Part shown: piece by piece, positions 10,070 to 18,660 of the stretch
How positions within the stretch are numbered: position 1 is the first letter of the stretch
How the letters are laid out: every line of letters starts with the position of its first letter
Assembly (NCBI GenBank): GCA_963702845.1
Contig: OY969763.1
Coordinates: 4,992,001 to 5,056,000 of the forward strand
Direction of reading: 5' to 3'
Source: an uncultured Verrucomicrobiae bacterium
Lineage (GTDB): Bacteria; Verrucomicrobiota; Verrucomicrobiia; Limisphaerales; Palsa-1400
DNA length: 64,000 bases
Made by a program: the position numbers and the translations under genes
The notes under the pieces: generated by a model
What the model saw: the letters and a program-made list of their open reading frames with translations, nothing else
Database searches by the model: none
What the model was told of the DNA's origin: nothing

Positions 10070-11039
10070 AGCCGCCGTCCTGATCGCTTTGATAACGCTC
10101 GCTATTGGCGCGCGTGCGCAACAGCTTTACCAATCCAGTTCCATGCCGGTCGAGGTCGAGCGTATTTACGTCAAAGCGATGGATTACCTGGCCAAGTCGC
10201 AACTGCCCGCCGGCAATTGGTCCGATTCAACGCACGGCTCCGACCCGGCCGTCGTTGGCCTCGCCGTCGTCTCGATGCTCGCCCATGGTGACGACCCGAA
10301 CTTGGGCCCTTACAGTACCGCAATTAAACACGGTCTCGATTTTATTTTAAAACTGCAGGATCCGAAGACCGGCTACATCGGCACCTCCATGTATAATCAC
10401 GGCTTCAGCACTCTGGCATTAGCGGAATCCTACGGCGCCGTCGACGACCCGCGCCTCGGCCCGGCTCTGCAGAAGGCGATCGAACTGATCGTCGACAGCC
10501 AGGAACATAACGCGCAGCACGCCTGGCGTTACTCGCCGCAAAGTACCGATGCCGACACGACCGTCAGCGGCGCACAGATGGTCGCACTTTTTGCCGCGCG
10601 AAATGCCGGCGTTCCCGTTCCTGAAAAGGCGATTCAAAACGGAATAAAGTTTTTCCTCTCGATGCAAACCCCGGAAGGCGGCTTTGGTTATACGTCGCCG
10701 GTTGGCCCGAATGGTCCACGTGCTGCCATCGGCTGTTTGATTCTCGCCCTCGCTAAAGAAAAAGACTCACCCGCGTTCAAAGCCGCCTTTGAATATTTGA
10801 AAAAAGCGCGCAGTGAATCGCAGTATCCGGAGTATTTCGCCTACTACGCTTCGCAAGCGTTTTTCCACGGTTCGCCCGAGCAATGGCAAACCTGGAATCG
10901 CGACAACATCAAAACGTTGAAAGCTACTCAAAGCGTCGATGGAAACTGGGACGGCCAATTTGGACCGGTGTTTGCCACGTCCGCGTCATTGTTGTCGCTG
11001 GCGTTGAATTATCGTTATCTGCCAATCTATGAGCGCTAA
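10044..11039 (+). CDS. Secreted prenyltransferase/squalene-cyclase-repeat (alpha/alpha barrel) protein
   Basis: Signal peptide; repeated QW-like motifs (YLAKSQLPAGNW, QTPEGGFGY, QSVDGNW); MYNHGF; DADTTVSGAQ. Confidence 0.85.
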   Translation: MASNRTLTRAAVLIALITLAIGARAQQLYQSSSMPVEVERIYVKAMDYLAKSQLPAGNWSDSTHGSDPAVVGLAVVSMLAHGDDPNLGPYSTAIKHGLDFILKLQDPKTGYIGTSMYNHGFSTLALAESYGAVDDPRLGPALQKAIELIVDSQEHNAQHAWRYSPQSTDADTTVSGAQMVALFAARNAGVPVPEKAIQNGIKFFLSMQTPEGGFGYTSPVGPNGPRAAIGCLILALAKEKDSPAFKAAFEYLKKARSESQYPEYFAYYASQAFFHGSPEQWQTWNRDNIKTLKATQSVDGNWDGQFGPVFATSASLLSLALNYRYLPIYER

Positions 11040-12489
11040 ACCGCGCAAACTTCAAAATTCAAACTCCAAAACTCAAGGAAGTGTTTTTGAGTGTTGGGGT
11101 TTTCTTGGAGTTTGGAGTTTGGCATTTGGAGTTTTCTTCTGTGCGTTGGCGGCGTTCGCCAAACCTGCATCCGAACCTGCACCCGTTTCCGGCGACCTGC
11201 TACAATTCCTCGACGGCTCCGCCTTGCACGGCCAGATCACCGCGATGAATACGAACACCGGTGTTCGTGTGGACAATCCAAACGTCACCCAGCCTATCGC
11301 CTTTAAACCCAATCACGTCGACTTCATTCGTTTTTCCAAAGCCGAAGCCCTGCCGACAAGCGCTGAGTCCGGCAATTGTCACTTCCGGTTTTTCAATGGC
11401 GACGAAGTCTTCGGGGTGTTGAACTCGCTTGACGATCACCACCTTGAGCTCACCGCATGGTTCGGCAGCGTCTTGAAAATTCCGCGCCCGGCTGTGCAAT
11501 CGATCACATTCCTCTCGCGCGGCTACCGCGTTGTTTATGAAGGGCCGACCGATCTCGATGGCTGGAGCGTCAGCGGTGTTCCGGGCGGCGCGAGCAACTG
11601 GTGGTACCGCGACGGCTCATTCTTCGGTGCTGCCGGCACGCTCGGGCGCAAGTTCGACCTCACCAACTCCTGCACCGTCGAATTCGATCTCACCTCAAAA
11701 GCGACCTATCAAAATTTGATGCTCAGCCTCTACACCGATTCCATCGACCGTCTCGACTTCGGCAACGACGGTTACATCTTCACCTTTTCCGCCGACAGCG
11801 CTCAACTTCGCCGCGCGCAACGTGGCGTGTCTCCCGTCGATATGGGCAACGCGGTTCTTGCGCATCCCGACAGTAAAGATCGCGTCCACATCACCATTCA
11901 CGCCAACAAAGAAGACGGCAGCATCACGCTCATGGCCAACAATCAGGTCGCCAAACGTTGGAAAGACAGCACAGGCTTCGCTGCCCATGGTACCGGGCTC
12001 TTGTTCGAAAACATTGGCGGCGGCCAGCCAGTCCGCATCAGCAATCTGCGCATCAGCTCATGGCAAGGCCGCTTCGAGCCGGACACAAATCCTCTCATCC
12101 AGACCAACGTCGATTCCGTCCTCTTCGCCAATCGCGATCGCGCGCAGGGAAAAATCACTTCGTTTCAGGACGGTAAAGTCGCGCTCACTGCCGGAACGAA
12201 TCATCTCGATGTCCCGATGCAACGCGTCCGACAGATTACTTTTGCTCCCGCTCCGAATGCGCACGAAGAGCGCGGGCCGTGGGAAGTCCGTGCGTATTTT
12301 CTACGCGGCGGCATGATTTCTTTCCGGCTCGCCAATTGGGACAAAGACAAAGTTTCCGGTGAGAGCGCCATTTTCGGTCCGCTCTCGTTTCAAACCCAAA
12401 CCGTGCGCGAGATGGAATTCAATTTAGACAAACGCCGCGGCGACACTCTCGCTGCTGTGCCCGACGAATTCGGAGGTGGCGATGAATAA
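11029..12489 (+). CDS. Hypothetical exported protein (repeated small beta domains + lectin-like core)
   Basis: 486-aa ORF overlapping the upstream stop; 'D.L.F.NGD...G' repeats; paralogous to the next gene. Confidence 0.7.
   Translation: MSAKPRKLQNSNSKTQGSVFECWGFLGVWSLAFGVFFCALAAFAKPASEPAPVSGDLLQFLDGSALHGQITAMNTNTGVRVDNPNVTQPIAFKPNHVDFIRFSKAEALPTSAESGNCHFRFFNGDEVFGVLNSLDDHHLELTAWFGSVLKIPRPAVQSITFLSRGYRVVYEGPTDLDGWSVSGVPGGASNWWYRDGSFFGAAGTLGRKFDLTNSCTVEFDLTSKATYQNLMLSLYTDSIDRLDFGNDGYIFTFSADSAQLRRAQRGVSPVDMGNAVLAHPDSKDRVHITIHANKEDGSITLMANNQVAKRWKDSTGFAAHGTGLLFENIGGGQPVRISNLRISSWQGRFEPDTNPLIQTNVDSVLFANRDRAQGKITSFQDGKVALTAGTNHLDVPMQRVRQITFAPAPNAHEERGPWEVRAYFLRGGMISFRLANWDKDKVSGESAIFGPLSFQTQTVREMEFNLDKRRGDTLAAVPDEFGGGDE
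11039..11135. repeat. Heptamer-repeat inverted element (AAACTCC-like ... TTTGGAG-like) inside the 5' end of a CDS
   Basis: aaacttc aaaattc aaactcc aaaactc ... ttggag tttggag tttggca tttggag. Confidence 0.7.
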
Positions 12490-13934
12490 ACTCTGCGCAC
12501 TCCTCCTTTCCCTCGCTGCCGCCTGCCTCAGCGCAACGGGCCAGGGCATCATTATTCGCGGCGGCGGACAAATCCAGGTCCAGGGCAATGGCGTCCTGCT
12601 CTTCAATTCGCCGACAATTGTTAACGAACTGCCGGACATTTCGATCCCATTGGGCAACACCTCCGACAGCGTGCTTTTTACCAACGGTGATTTTCTTTAC
12701 GGCAAATTGCTCGGAATCGGCCCGCGACACGAAATCCGCTGGCAACATCCCGATGCCACCGCGCCCATTGAGTTCAAGTCCACCAACATCAGCCAGATCG
12801 ATCTCTCCAGCACCCGTCGTTCGCTTGAGGAAACGAACAATTGCAAAGTCGACTTCATCAACAATGACACCCTCAAAGGCACCTTCGTCTCGTGTGACAA
12901 AGATTCGCTCGTGCTCGACACCGCCTATGCCGGACAGCTTCATTTGTCTCGTTCGATGTTGGAATCGTTGGTGATTATCCCGTCCGCACAACCCGCCATA
13001 TTCGAAGGGCCGGCCGGCATCGACGGCTGGACTCCCGGCAAGTCCGTCGCCATTCCGATGAGTGAATCCGGCCAGTTCTCGTTTCGCAACGGCTCATTTT
13101 ACGCAACCAAAGCAGCCTCGATCGCACGCGACCTCCATCTGCCCGAGACCGCGCAAATTGAGTTCGATCTCGTTTGGAAATCCACACTCCACATGGCAAT
13201 CGCGCTTTACACCGATTCTCTTCAACCGGTCAGCCTCGCCTCGAAAGAGACCGCGCCCGACTTCGGCGGTTTCTACAGTTTTCAGGTCAACAGCTCCTAC
13301 ATGGACATGATGCCGATTAAAAAGAAAGACCCGCTTAAATCTCTTGGCGCCATTGCCGTTCCCGCGTTGATGCAGCGCAACCGCGCGCACTTCGACATTC
13401 GTGCCAGCAAACGCGATCATAAAATCGCCCTGCTCATCAACGGCGTGTCTCGTCAAAGAATGGATCGACCCCGACGGCTTTGCCGGCCAAGGTACCGCGA
13501 TGCGTTTCGTCCATCAGGGCCAGGGCTCGATCAAACTGAGCAACATCCGCATCCGCCCCTGGGACGGCCAACTTGAACAACCCTCTCCAGCCCCAGCCCA
13601 TCGCCCGACTGACAGCGTCCGTCTCGCCGACGGCTCACGTTTGAACGGCCAAATCAATGGCATCAACAATGGCAAACTTTCGATTACCACAGACACAACA
13701 ACCGCTTCCCAGGTCAATCTCTCGCAGCTTCGCCAAATCGATTTCGCCAGCCAGAACCTGTCAGCCACTCAGACCAATTCTCAACCCGTCAAAGTTCTTC
13801 TCACTCCAGGCTACACCATCAGCGGCCAGCTCGAGAGTTGGACACCCGACGCGCTGACGTTGACGAGCCCCTCATTCGGCAAAGCGAAGTTTGATCCGAA
13901 AGCAGTTTCACGCCTTCAATTCACACACGACTAA
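12482..13934 (+). CDS. Hypothetical exported protein, paralog of upstream gene; split by one frameshift near 13447
   Basis: ORFs 12476-13576 and 13401-13934 join (LLING..|VKEWIDPDGFAGQGT), matching 'VAKRWKDSTGFAAHGT' in the paralog. Confidence 0.7.
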
Positions 13935-14105
13935 GTTTTTATTTCACCGCCCGTTCTGTTTACTGAACTCAAATTTTTCCCAAAGTTAACCCCTTGCCAA
14001 AAACTGAAACCGCTCCGAGGTTCTCTTTGGGTAACGCAGGCAGGATTGAAGGGACACGCAGGAAAGGGGTTTAAGGGACCAGGAAAGGCATGAGGGTAAG
14101 GTTTT

Positions 14106-14189
14106 AGAGCTTTGCGCAGAACCGCTAGTAATCCTCGCAAGAGGGAACGCGAAAAGGATCTAACGATCCGCCGTCCTACGCAAAGCTCT
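14106..14189 (+). ncRNA. Candidate structured RNA (three-way junction), family unassigned
   Basis: Outer stem agagctttgcg/cgcaaagctct enclosing tcctc-GCAA-gaggg and ggatc-TAAC-gatcc hairpins; AGTA/GAA internal loop. Confidence 0.5.
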
Positions 14190-14247
14190 TGTTGCAGTCA
14201 TCGTTGGCCAAATTTTTGAATCGTAACTTCATCCAGGGCGTCGGATA

Positions 14248-16896
14248 ATGCGACGCGTGATGGTGAAGACTTTCAAACAACGGGTGCTTTGGGTGTTTCT
14301 GGCGTTTGTGCTCGTCTCGTTTTCCGCATCGGCCGCACCTTCGGAAACAAACGCATTTTCCGCTGCTGCAAAATTGTTCCAGGACAATTTTTACGGCCGC
14401 GCTGAGACCGGGTTCAGCAATTTCGTCGCGACCTATACCAACTCAATTCATCGCCCGGTCGCGATTCTCTATCAGGCCCGCTCGCGTTTTTACCAAAGCA
14501 ATTACGTCGGCGCCATTGATCTACTGCAACAGAACCAGGCCAAGGCGAATGGTTCCGCAGACGAATATCAGTTTTGGATTGCACGTTCTCTGTTCGAAAA
14601 ACCCGACTACCGCGCCGCCGCAGATGCTTTTGGCGTTTTGCTCCAAAATTACCCGCACTCCTCGCATCGTCTTGACGCCGCGTTTACCCAGGCCAAGGCC
14701 TATTCCGTTTTAGGCGACTGGCCCAAAGTCATCCAACTCCTCGAAAAGCCCGACGGCAATTTCCAATCGGCAGCGCGCACCCAACCCGACAACCTCGTCG
14801 GAGTCGACGGCTTCCTATTGCTCGCTGAAGCGTTGTTCCGTGAGCATCGCAACGCCGATGCTGAAGAGGTCGTGCGCGGCATGAAGGTCGATCCTTCGAT
14901 GAAAGAGGCCAACTGGCGCAGATATTATCTGCTCTGTCGAATTCAATTCGCCGCTGGTAAAACCCAGCGCGCGTTGACGAACACCGCAACCATGCTAAGC
15001 GCCGCGATCGGCCAGCGCCAGTGGATGGCTGAATCAAAATTTCTCGAAGGCGAAATCCTGGAAAAACTCGAGCGTTACGCCGACGCTTTGCAGTCCTACA
15101 CCAACAATCTTGCCGAAGATTTGCCGACCAACATCCAACGCCAATCGCTTTTCAAGACAATCGACCTGATGCTCAAGCTCGGCCAAACCGACGAAGCCAT
15201 CAAACATCTCGAAACGTTCATCGAAGAACGTCCGAAAGATCCAGCCCTGGACGTGGCACGCTTGTCGTTGGGCGAATTGGATTTGAAAGCCTACAACGCA
15301 GCCCTTCGTTCGCCGCCCGCCGCCGATTCCGCTGCAGCCGCGACCAACCTGTTGCAATCGGCCATCACCAATTTTGATCGCGTCATCGCTGATTTCCCGC
15401 AAAGTCCGTTGCTCGGCAAAGTGCATCTGGATCGCGGTTGGTGCGATTGGTTGCAAGGCCACGTCCGCGAAGCGCAAACGAATTTTTCCGAAGCCGTGCA
15501 GCGTCTGCCATTATCCGAAGATCAGGCCATCGCCCGCTTCAAGCTCGCTGACACGCAATATTCCCAGACCAACTATCCAGCGGCTTTGACCAACTACAAT
15601 CTCGTCGTTCAAAGTGCGCAATCCCTGCCGCCGATCAAAGAAGGTTTGTTCGACGAGGCGCTCTATCAAATTGTCCGCTGCGCCATTGCCTGCGGTGATG
15701 AGAAAACCGCCAGCGCCGCGGCCGAAAAAATCCAAAGCCTTTATCCAAACAGCCTGTTCGTGGACCGCGCGTTGCTCTTGTTCGGCGAAGATCAGAACCG
15801 CCGCCGTAATTACGGTGAAGCGCGCAAAACATTTTCTCAGCTGCTCGACAAATTCCCGAACACAACCGTTCGTCCGCAAGTGCAGTTAGCCATCGCCCAG
15901 AGCTACGCGCAGGAAAGTTTGTGGGCCGATGCCGCGACGCAATACGACCAATGGGTGGCGAAATTCCCGCGAAATCCGTTGTTGGCACAGGCCGAATTCT
16001 GCCGCGCCCTCGCTTACGACAAAGCTGGGAAGGAAACCAACGCCTTCATGCTGTTTACCAATTTCGTCGCGCGCTTTCCGAGCAACACATTCGCCGCGTG
16101 GGCGCAAAACTGGATTGCTGATGCCTATTTCAATCAGGACGCGTACGTGCCGGCCGAAAAAGCTTACCAGGAACTTTATCAGCGCTACCCCGCTTCCGGT
16201 GAACTTGCCTACCAGGCGCGTTTAATGGCGGCTCGCGCTGCGCTTGCCGGCCAACGTGCACCCGACGCCAGCAGTTATTTGCTGGAACTAATCAACGACA
16301 CCAACGCTCCAGCATTAATCGTTTCGCAAGCACATTTCGCGTTCGGTGATGCGAAGGTGCAGCAATTTCATGACAGCCTCAAAGAACCGACCTGCACGAA
16401 TTATTTCAGGGAAGCCCTCGCCGCGTTCAGCATCCTGACCAACGGCGTGCCGACCAACGCCACCGCTCCGCTGGCCATGGGTCGCATTGGTGATTGTTAC
16501 TTCGCATGGGCCACGGACAAATCCGAACCTGCATTGTTTGACTCAGCGATTGCCGCCTTCTCCAGCGCCGCCGCCATGCCGCAAGCCACCATCGAAACAC
16601 GCAGCCAGGCTGAAGTCGGCATCGGCCGTTGCTACGAAGCCCAGGGCAAGCTCGACCTCGCCCTTGAACACTACAGCAAAGTCATTCCTGATTTCAGCGA
16701 GGATCCGACCCGCTTCAATTCATTTTGGGCCAAAGAAGCCGGCGTGCGCGCTGCTGCTGTTTGCGAAGCGCAGCAGCAATGGGACAAGGCTGTGAACGTT
16801 TACAATCGCGTCAAAAACCTTTTCCCCGCCCTGCGCCCGACACTCGACAAAAAAATCGCGGCCGCTCAACAACATAAAGCAGCGGCGAAAGACTAA
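14248..16896 (+). CDS. Exported tetratricopeptide-repeat protein
   Basis: Signal peptide (ASA-AP) and many 'A...F..L...YP.S' TPR units. Confidence 0.9.
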   Translation: MRRVMVKTFKQRVLWVFLAFVLVSFSASAAPSETNAFSAAAKLFQDNFYGRAETGFSNFVATYTNSIHRPVAILYQARSRFYQSNYVGAIDLLQQNQAKANGSADEYQFWIARSLFEKPDYRAAADAFGVLLQNYPHSSHRLDAAFTQAKAYSVLGDWPKVIQLLEKPDGNFQSAARTQPDNLVGVDGFLLLAEALFREHRNADAEEVVRGMKVDPSMKEANWRRYYLLCRIQFAAGKTQRALTNTATMLSAAIGQRQWMAESKFLEGEILEKLERYADALQSYTNNLAEDLPTNIQRQSLFKTIDLMLKLGQTDEAIKHLETFIEERPKDPALDVARLSLGELDLKAYNAALRSPPAADSAAAATNLLQSAITNFDRVIADFPQSPLLGKVHLDRGWCDWLQGHVREAQTNFSEAVQRLPLSEDQAIARFKLADTQYSQTNYPAALTNYNLVVQSAQSLPPIKEGLFDEALYQIVRCAIACGDEKTASAAAEKIQSLYPNSLFVDRALLLFGEDQNRRRNYGEARKTFSQLLDKFPNTTVRPQVQLAIAQSYAQESLWADAATQYDQWVAKFPRNPLLAQAEFCRALAYDKAGKETNAFMLFTNFVARFPSNTFAAWAQNWIADAYFNQDAYVPAEKAYQELYQRYPASGELAYQARLMAARAALAGQRAPDASSYLLELINDTNAPALIVSQAHFAFGDAKVQQFHDSLKEPTCTNYFREALAAFSILTNGVPTNATAPLAMGRIGDCYFAWATDKSEPALFDSAIAAFSSAAAMPQATIETRSQAEVGIGRCYEAQGKLDLALEHYSKVIPDFSEDPTRFNSFWAKEAGVRAAAVCEAQQQWDKAVNVYNRVKNLFPALRPTLDKKIAAAQQHKAAAKD

Positions 16897-16905
16897 ATTC
16901 GCACT

Positions 16906-16932
16906 TCGTAGCAGCCGACGTAAGAAGGCTCC
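16906..16932. repeat. GTAG-type REP-like element (related copy at about 50300-50325 in the opposite orientation)
   Basis: tcgtagcagccgacgtaagaaggctc vs reverse complement of gagactcgttacctcgtctcctaca. Confidence 0.5.
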
Positions 16933-16961
16933 GATTTTGTCGCTGTATATTACGTAGACAT

Positions 16962-17471
16962 ATGAGCAAAGCCTTCACACGCGATGACGACAGCGCTGCA
17001 CCAATCCTGCAACGCCCTGTGTCCCCGCTTCCGCCCGGCGTCAAAAATTATATGACCGCAGCCGGTGCGAAACGCATCGAAGACGAACTCAAGCACCTGC
17101 GCGAAGTGGAACGGCCTCCCGTGGTGACGTCAAACGACTCAGGCAAAGCCGAACACCTGCAAAAAATTGATTCACGAATTGCTTACCTCGACCAAAGCTT
17201 GCTCGCCGCTGAAGTTGTCCACCCGCCCGCCCAATCCGACGATAAAGTCCGCTTCGGCGCAACCGTCACCGTGCGCGACAAGAGCGGCGGCGAAACGAAA
17301 TATCGCATCGTCGGCGTGGACGAAACTGACACCGACCGCGACTGGGTCAGTTGGCGCTCCCCAATTGCCAAAGCATTACTGAACGCAAGCGTCAGCCAAC
17401 GTGTAAAATTCCAAATCCCCGCAGGAACCCAGGAATGGGAAATCGTTTCGATCAGCTATGAAGACCAGTAA
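16962..17471 (+). CDS. GreA/GreB family elongation factor-like protein
   Basis: NYMT..G...I..EL, IDSRIAYL, VRFGATVTV, YRIVGVDE, VSWRSPIAKALL. Confidence 0.88.
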   Translation: MSKAFTRDDDSAAPILQRPVSPLPPGVKNYMTAAGAKRIEDELKHLREVERPPVVTSNDSGKAEHLQKIDSRIAYLDQSLLAAEVVHPPAQSDDKVRFGATVTVRDKSGGETKYRIVGVDETDTDRDWVSWRSPIAKALLNASVSQRVKFQIPAGTQEWEIVSISYEDQ

Positions 17472-17510
17472 GCAGCAGTAATCGGTGAGAAGACGTCGGC
17501 CAACTGATTA

Positions 17511-18650
17511 CTATTTACTTCCCTCCACCCTCGCCAACACCGCCGCACAAATATCCTTCGCCGCATTCGGTCTCCCCAACGCCGCCGCCGCCGCGGTCAT
17601 TTGCAATAATTTTTTGGAACTCAGCAGTTCCTTAAGTCGAAATGGCAAATCTTCCACGCGATTCAATTTGATCGCCGCGCCTCGTTCCAAAAGAAAATCA
17701 CTGTTCGCGGTTTCCTGTCCAGGGATTGGATTCAAGATCACCAACGGCCGTCCGATAGCCATCGCTTCGGATGTCGTTAATCCACCGGGCTTCGTCACGA
17801 TCAAACTCGAAGCGCACATCAATTCGTGCATGTTGTTGCAAAACCCGAGAACGTGTGTCGGATGCTTCCGGTCCCGCCCCGCCAAGTCCTTACGCAACTC
17901 TTCATTGCGACCGCACACCACCATCGTTTGGAAATGCGCTTCCACTTTATCTAACTCATCGAGAATCTCAGCCACGGGCCCCATGCCAAATCCGCCGCTC
18001 AATACCAGCACCGTTGGTAAATCATCGCGCAAACCGTAGTGGCGTCGCACTCCGAGCACATCAATCGGCTGAGCGAACTTCGCGCCAATCGGAATACCCG
18101 TCGCAACAACATCCTTCTCGATGGCACCACGCGCGACCAGACTCGCGCCCGTTTCCAGAGCAGCCACGCAATACATATCCACACCCGGCTCCAGCCAAAA
18201 CGCATGCGCCTCGAAATCCGTCACCACGCAAACATTGAACGAACTCGCCGCCGCCTTTTTACTTTTCGCCGCCTTGGCGCGCATGTGACCTAAAATTTCC
18301 AAAGGCAAAAAGTGCGGGCACAATACCACATCCGGTTTGAAGTTCTTCAGATACGTGACGAACTTTTTATTGGTGTGATGGGCGAAACTCCGTCGAATGC
18401 TCGTGGCGCGACGCACCTTGCTCGCGTTATCCGTCTTTTTGAAAATCATCCCGTAAATTTCCGGCGCACGTTCGACGAATTTGACGTAGCCCTTCGCATA
18501 CATCTTTCGATAAAGCCGCGGCGCAAACTCGAGAACATCTTTGCACTCCACCACATCGCGTGGGCGCATCGCGCGCCAGGCTTGTTCAAGAGCAGATGCT
18601 GCCGCCAGATGTCCGCCACCGGCGGTGACCGTTGCAATGAGTATACGCAT
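17511..18650 (-). CDS. Diacylglycerol glycosyltransferase, MGDG synthase/UgtP (GT28) family
   Basis: AGGGHLAAA, VVTDFEAH, TGIPI, GGFGMG, VTKPGGLTTSEA, IPGQETANS. Confidence 0.9.
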   Translation of the reverse strand: MRILIATVTAGGGHLAAASALEQAWRAMRPRDVVECKDVLEFAPRLYRKMYAKGYVKFVERAPEIYGMIFKKTDNASKVRRATSIRRSFAHHTNKKFVTYLKNFKPDVVLCPHFLPLEILGHMRAKAAKSKKAAASSFNVCVVTDFEAHAFWLEPGVDMYCVAALETGASLVARGAIEKDVVATGIPIGAKFAQPIDVLGVRRHYGLRDDLPTVLVLSGGFGMGPVAEILDELDKVEAHFQTMVVCGRNEELRKDLAGRDRKHPTHVLGFCNNMHELMCASSLIVTKPGGLTTSEAMAIGRPLVILNPIPGQETANSDFLLERGAAIKLNRVEDLPFRLKELLSSKKLLQMTAAAAALGRPNAAKDICAAVLARVEGSK

Positions 18651-18660
18651 AGTAAGCGTG

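Noticed and set aside
10044..11039. True squalene-hopene cyclase / terpene cluster
   Set aside because: Only 331 aa, exported, with no DxDD motif in a full two-domain context and no isoprenoid genes nearby.
14119..14133. Similarity to 16S rRNA GAATCGCTAGTAATC (r-protein leader mimic)
   Set aside because: A 14/15 match is expected by chance at this search size and no ribosomal protein gene follows.
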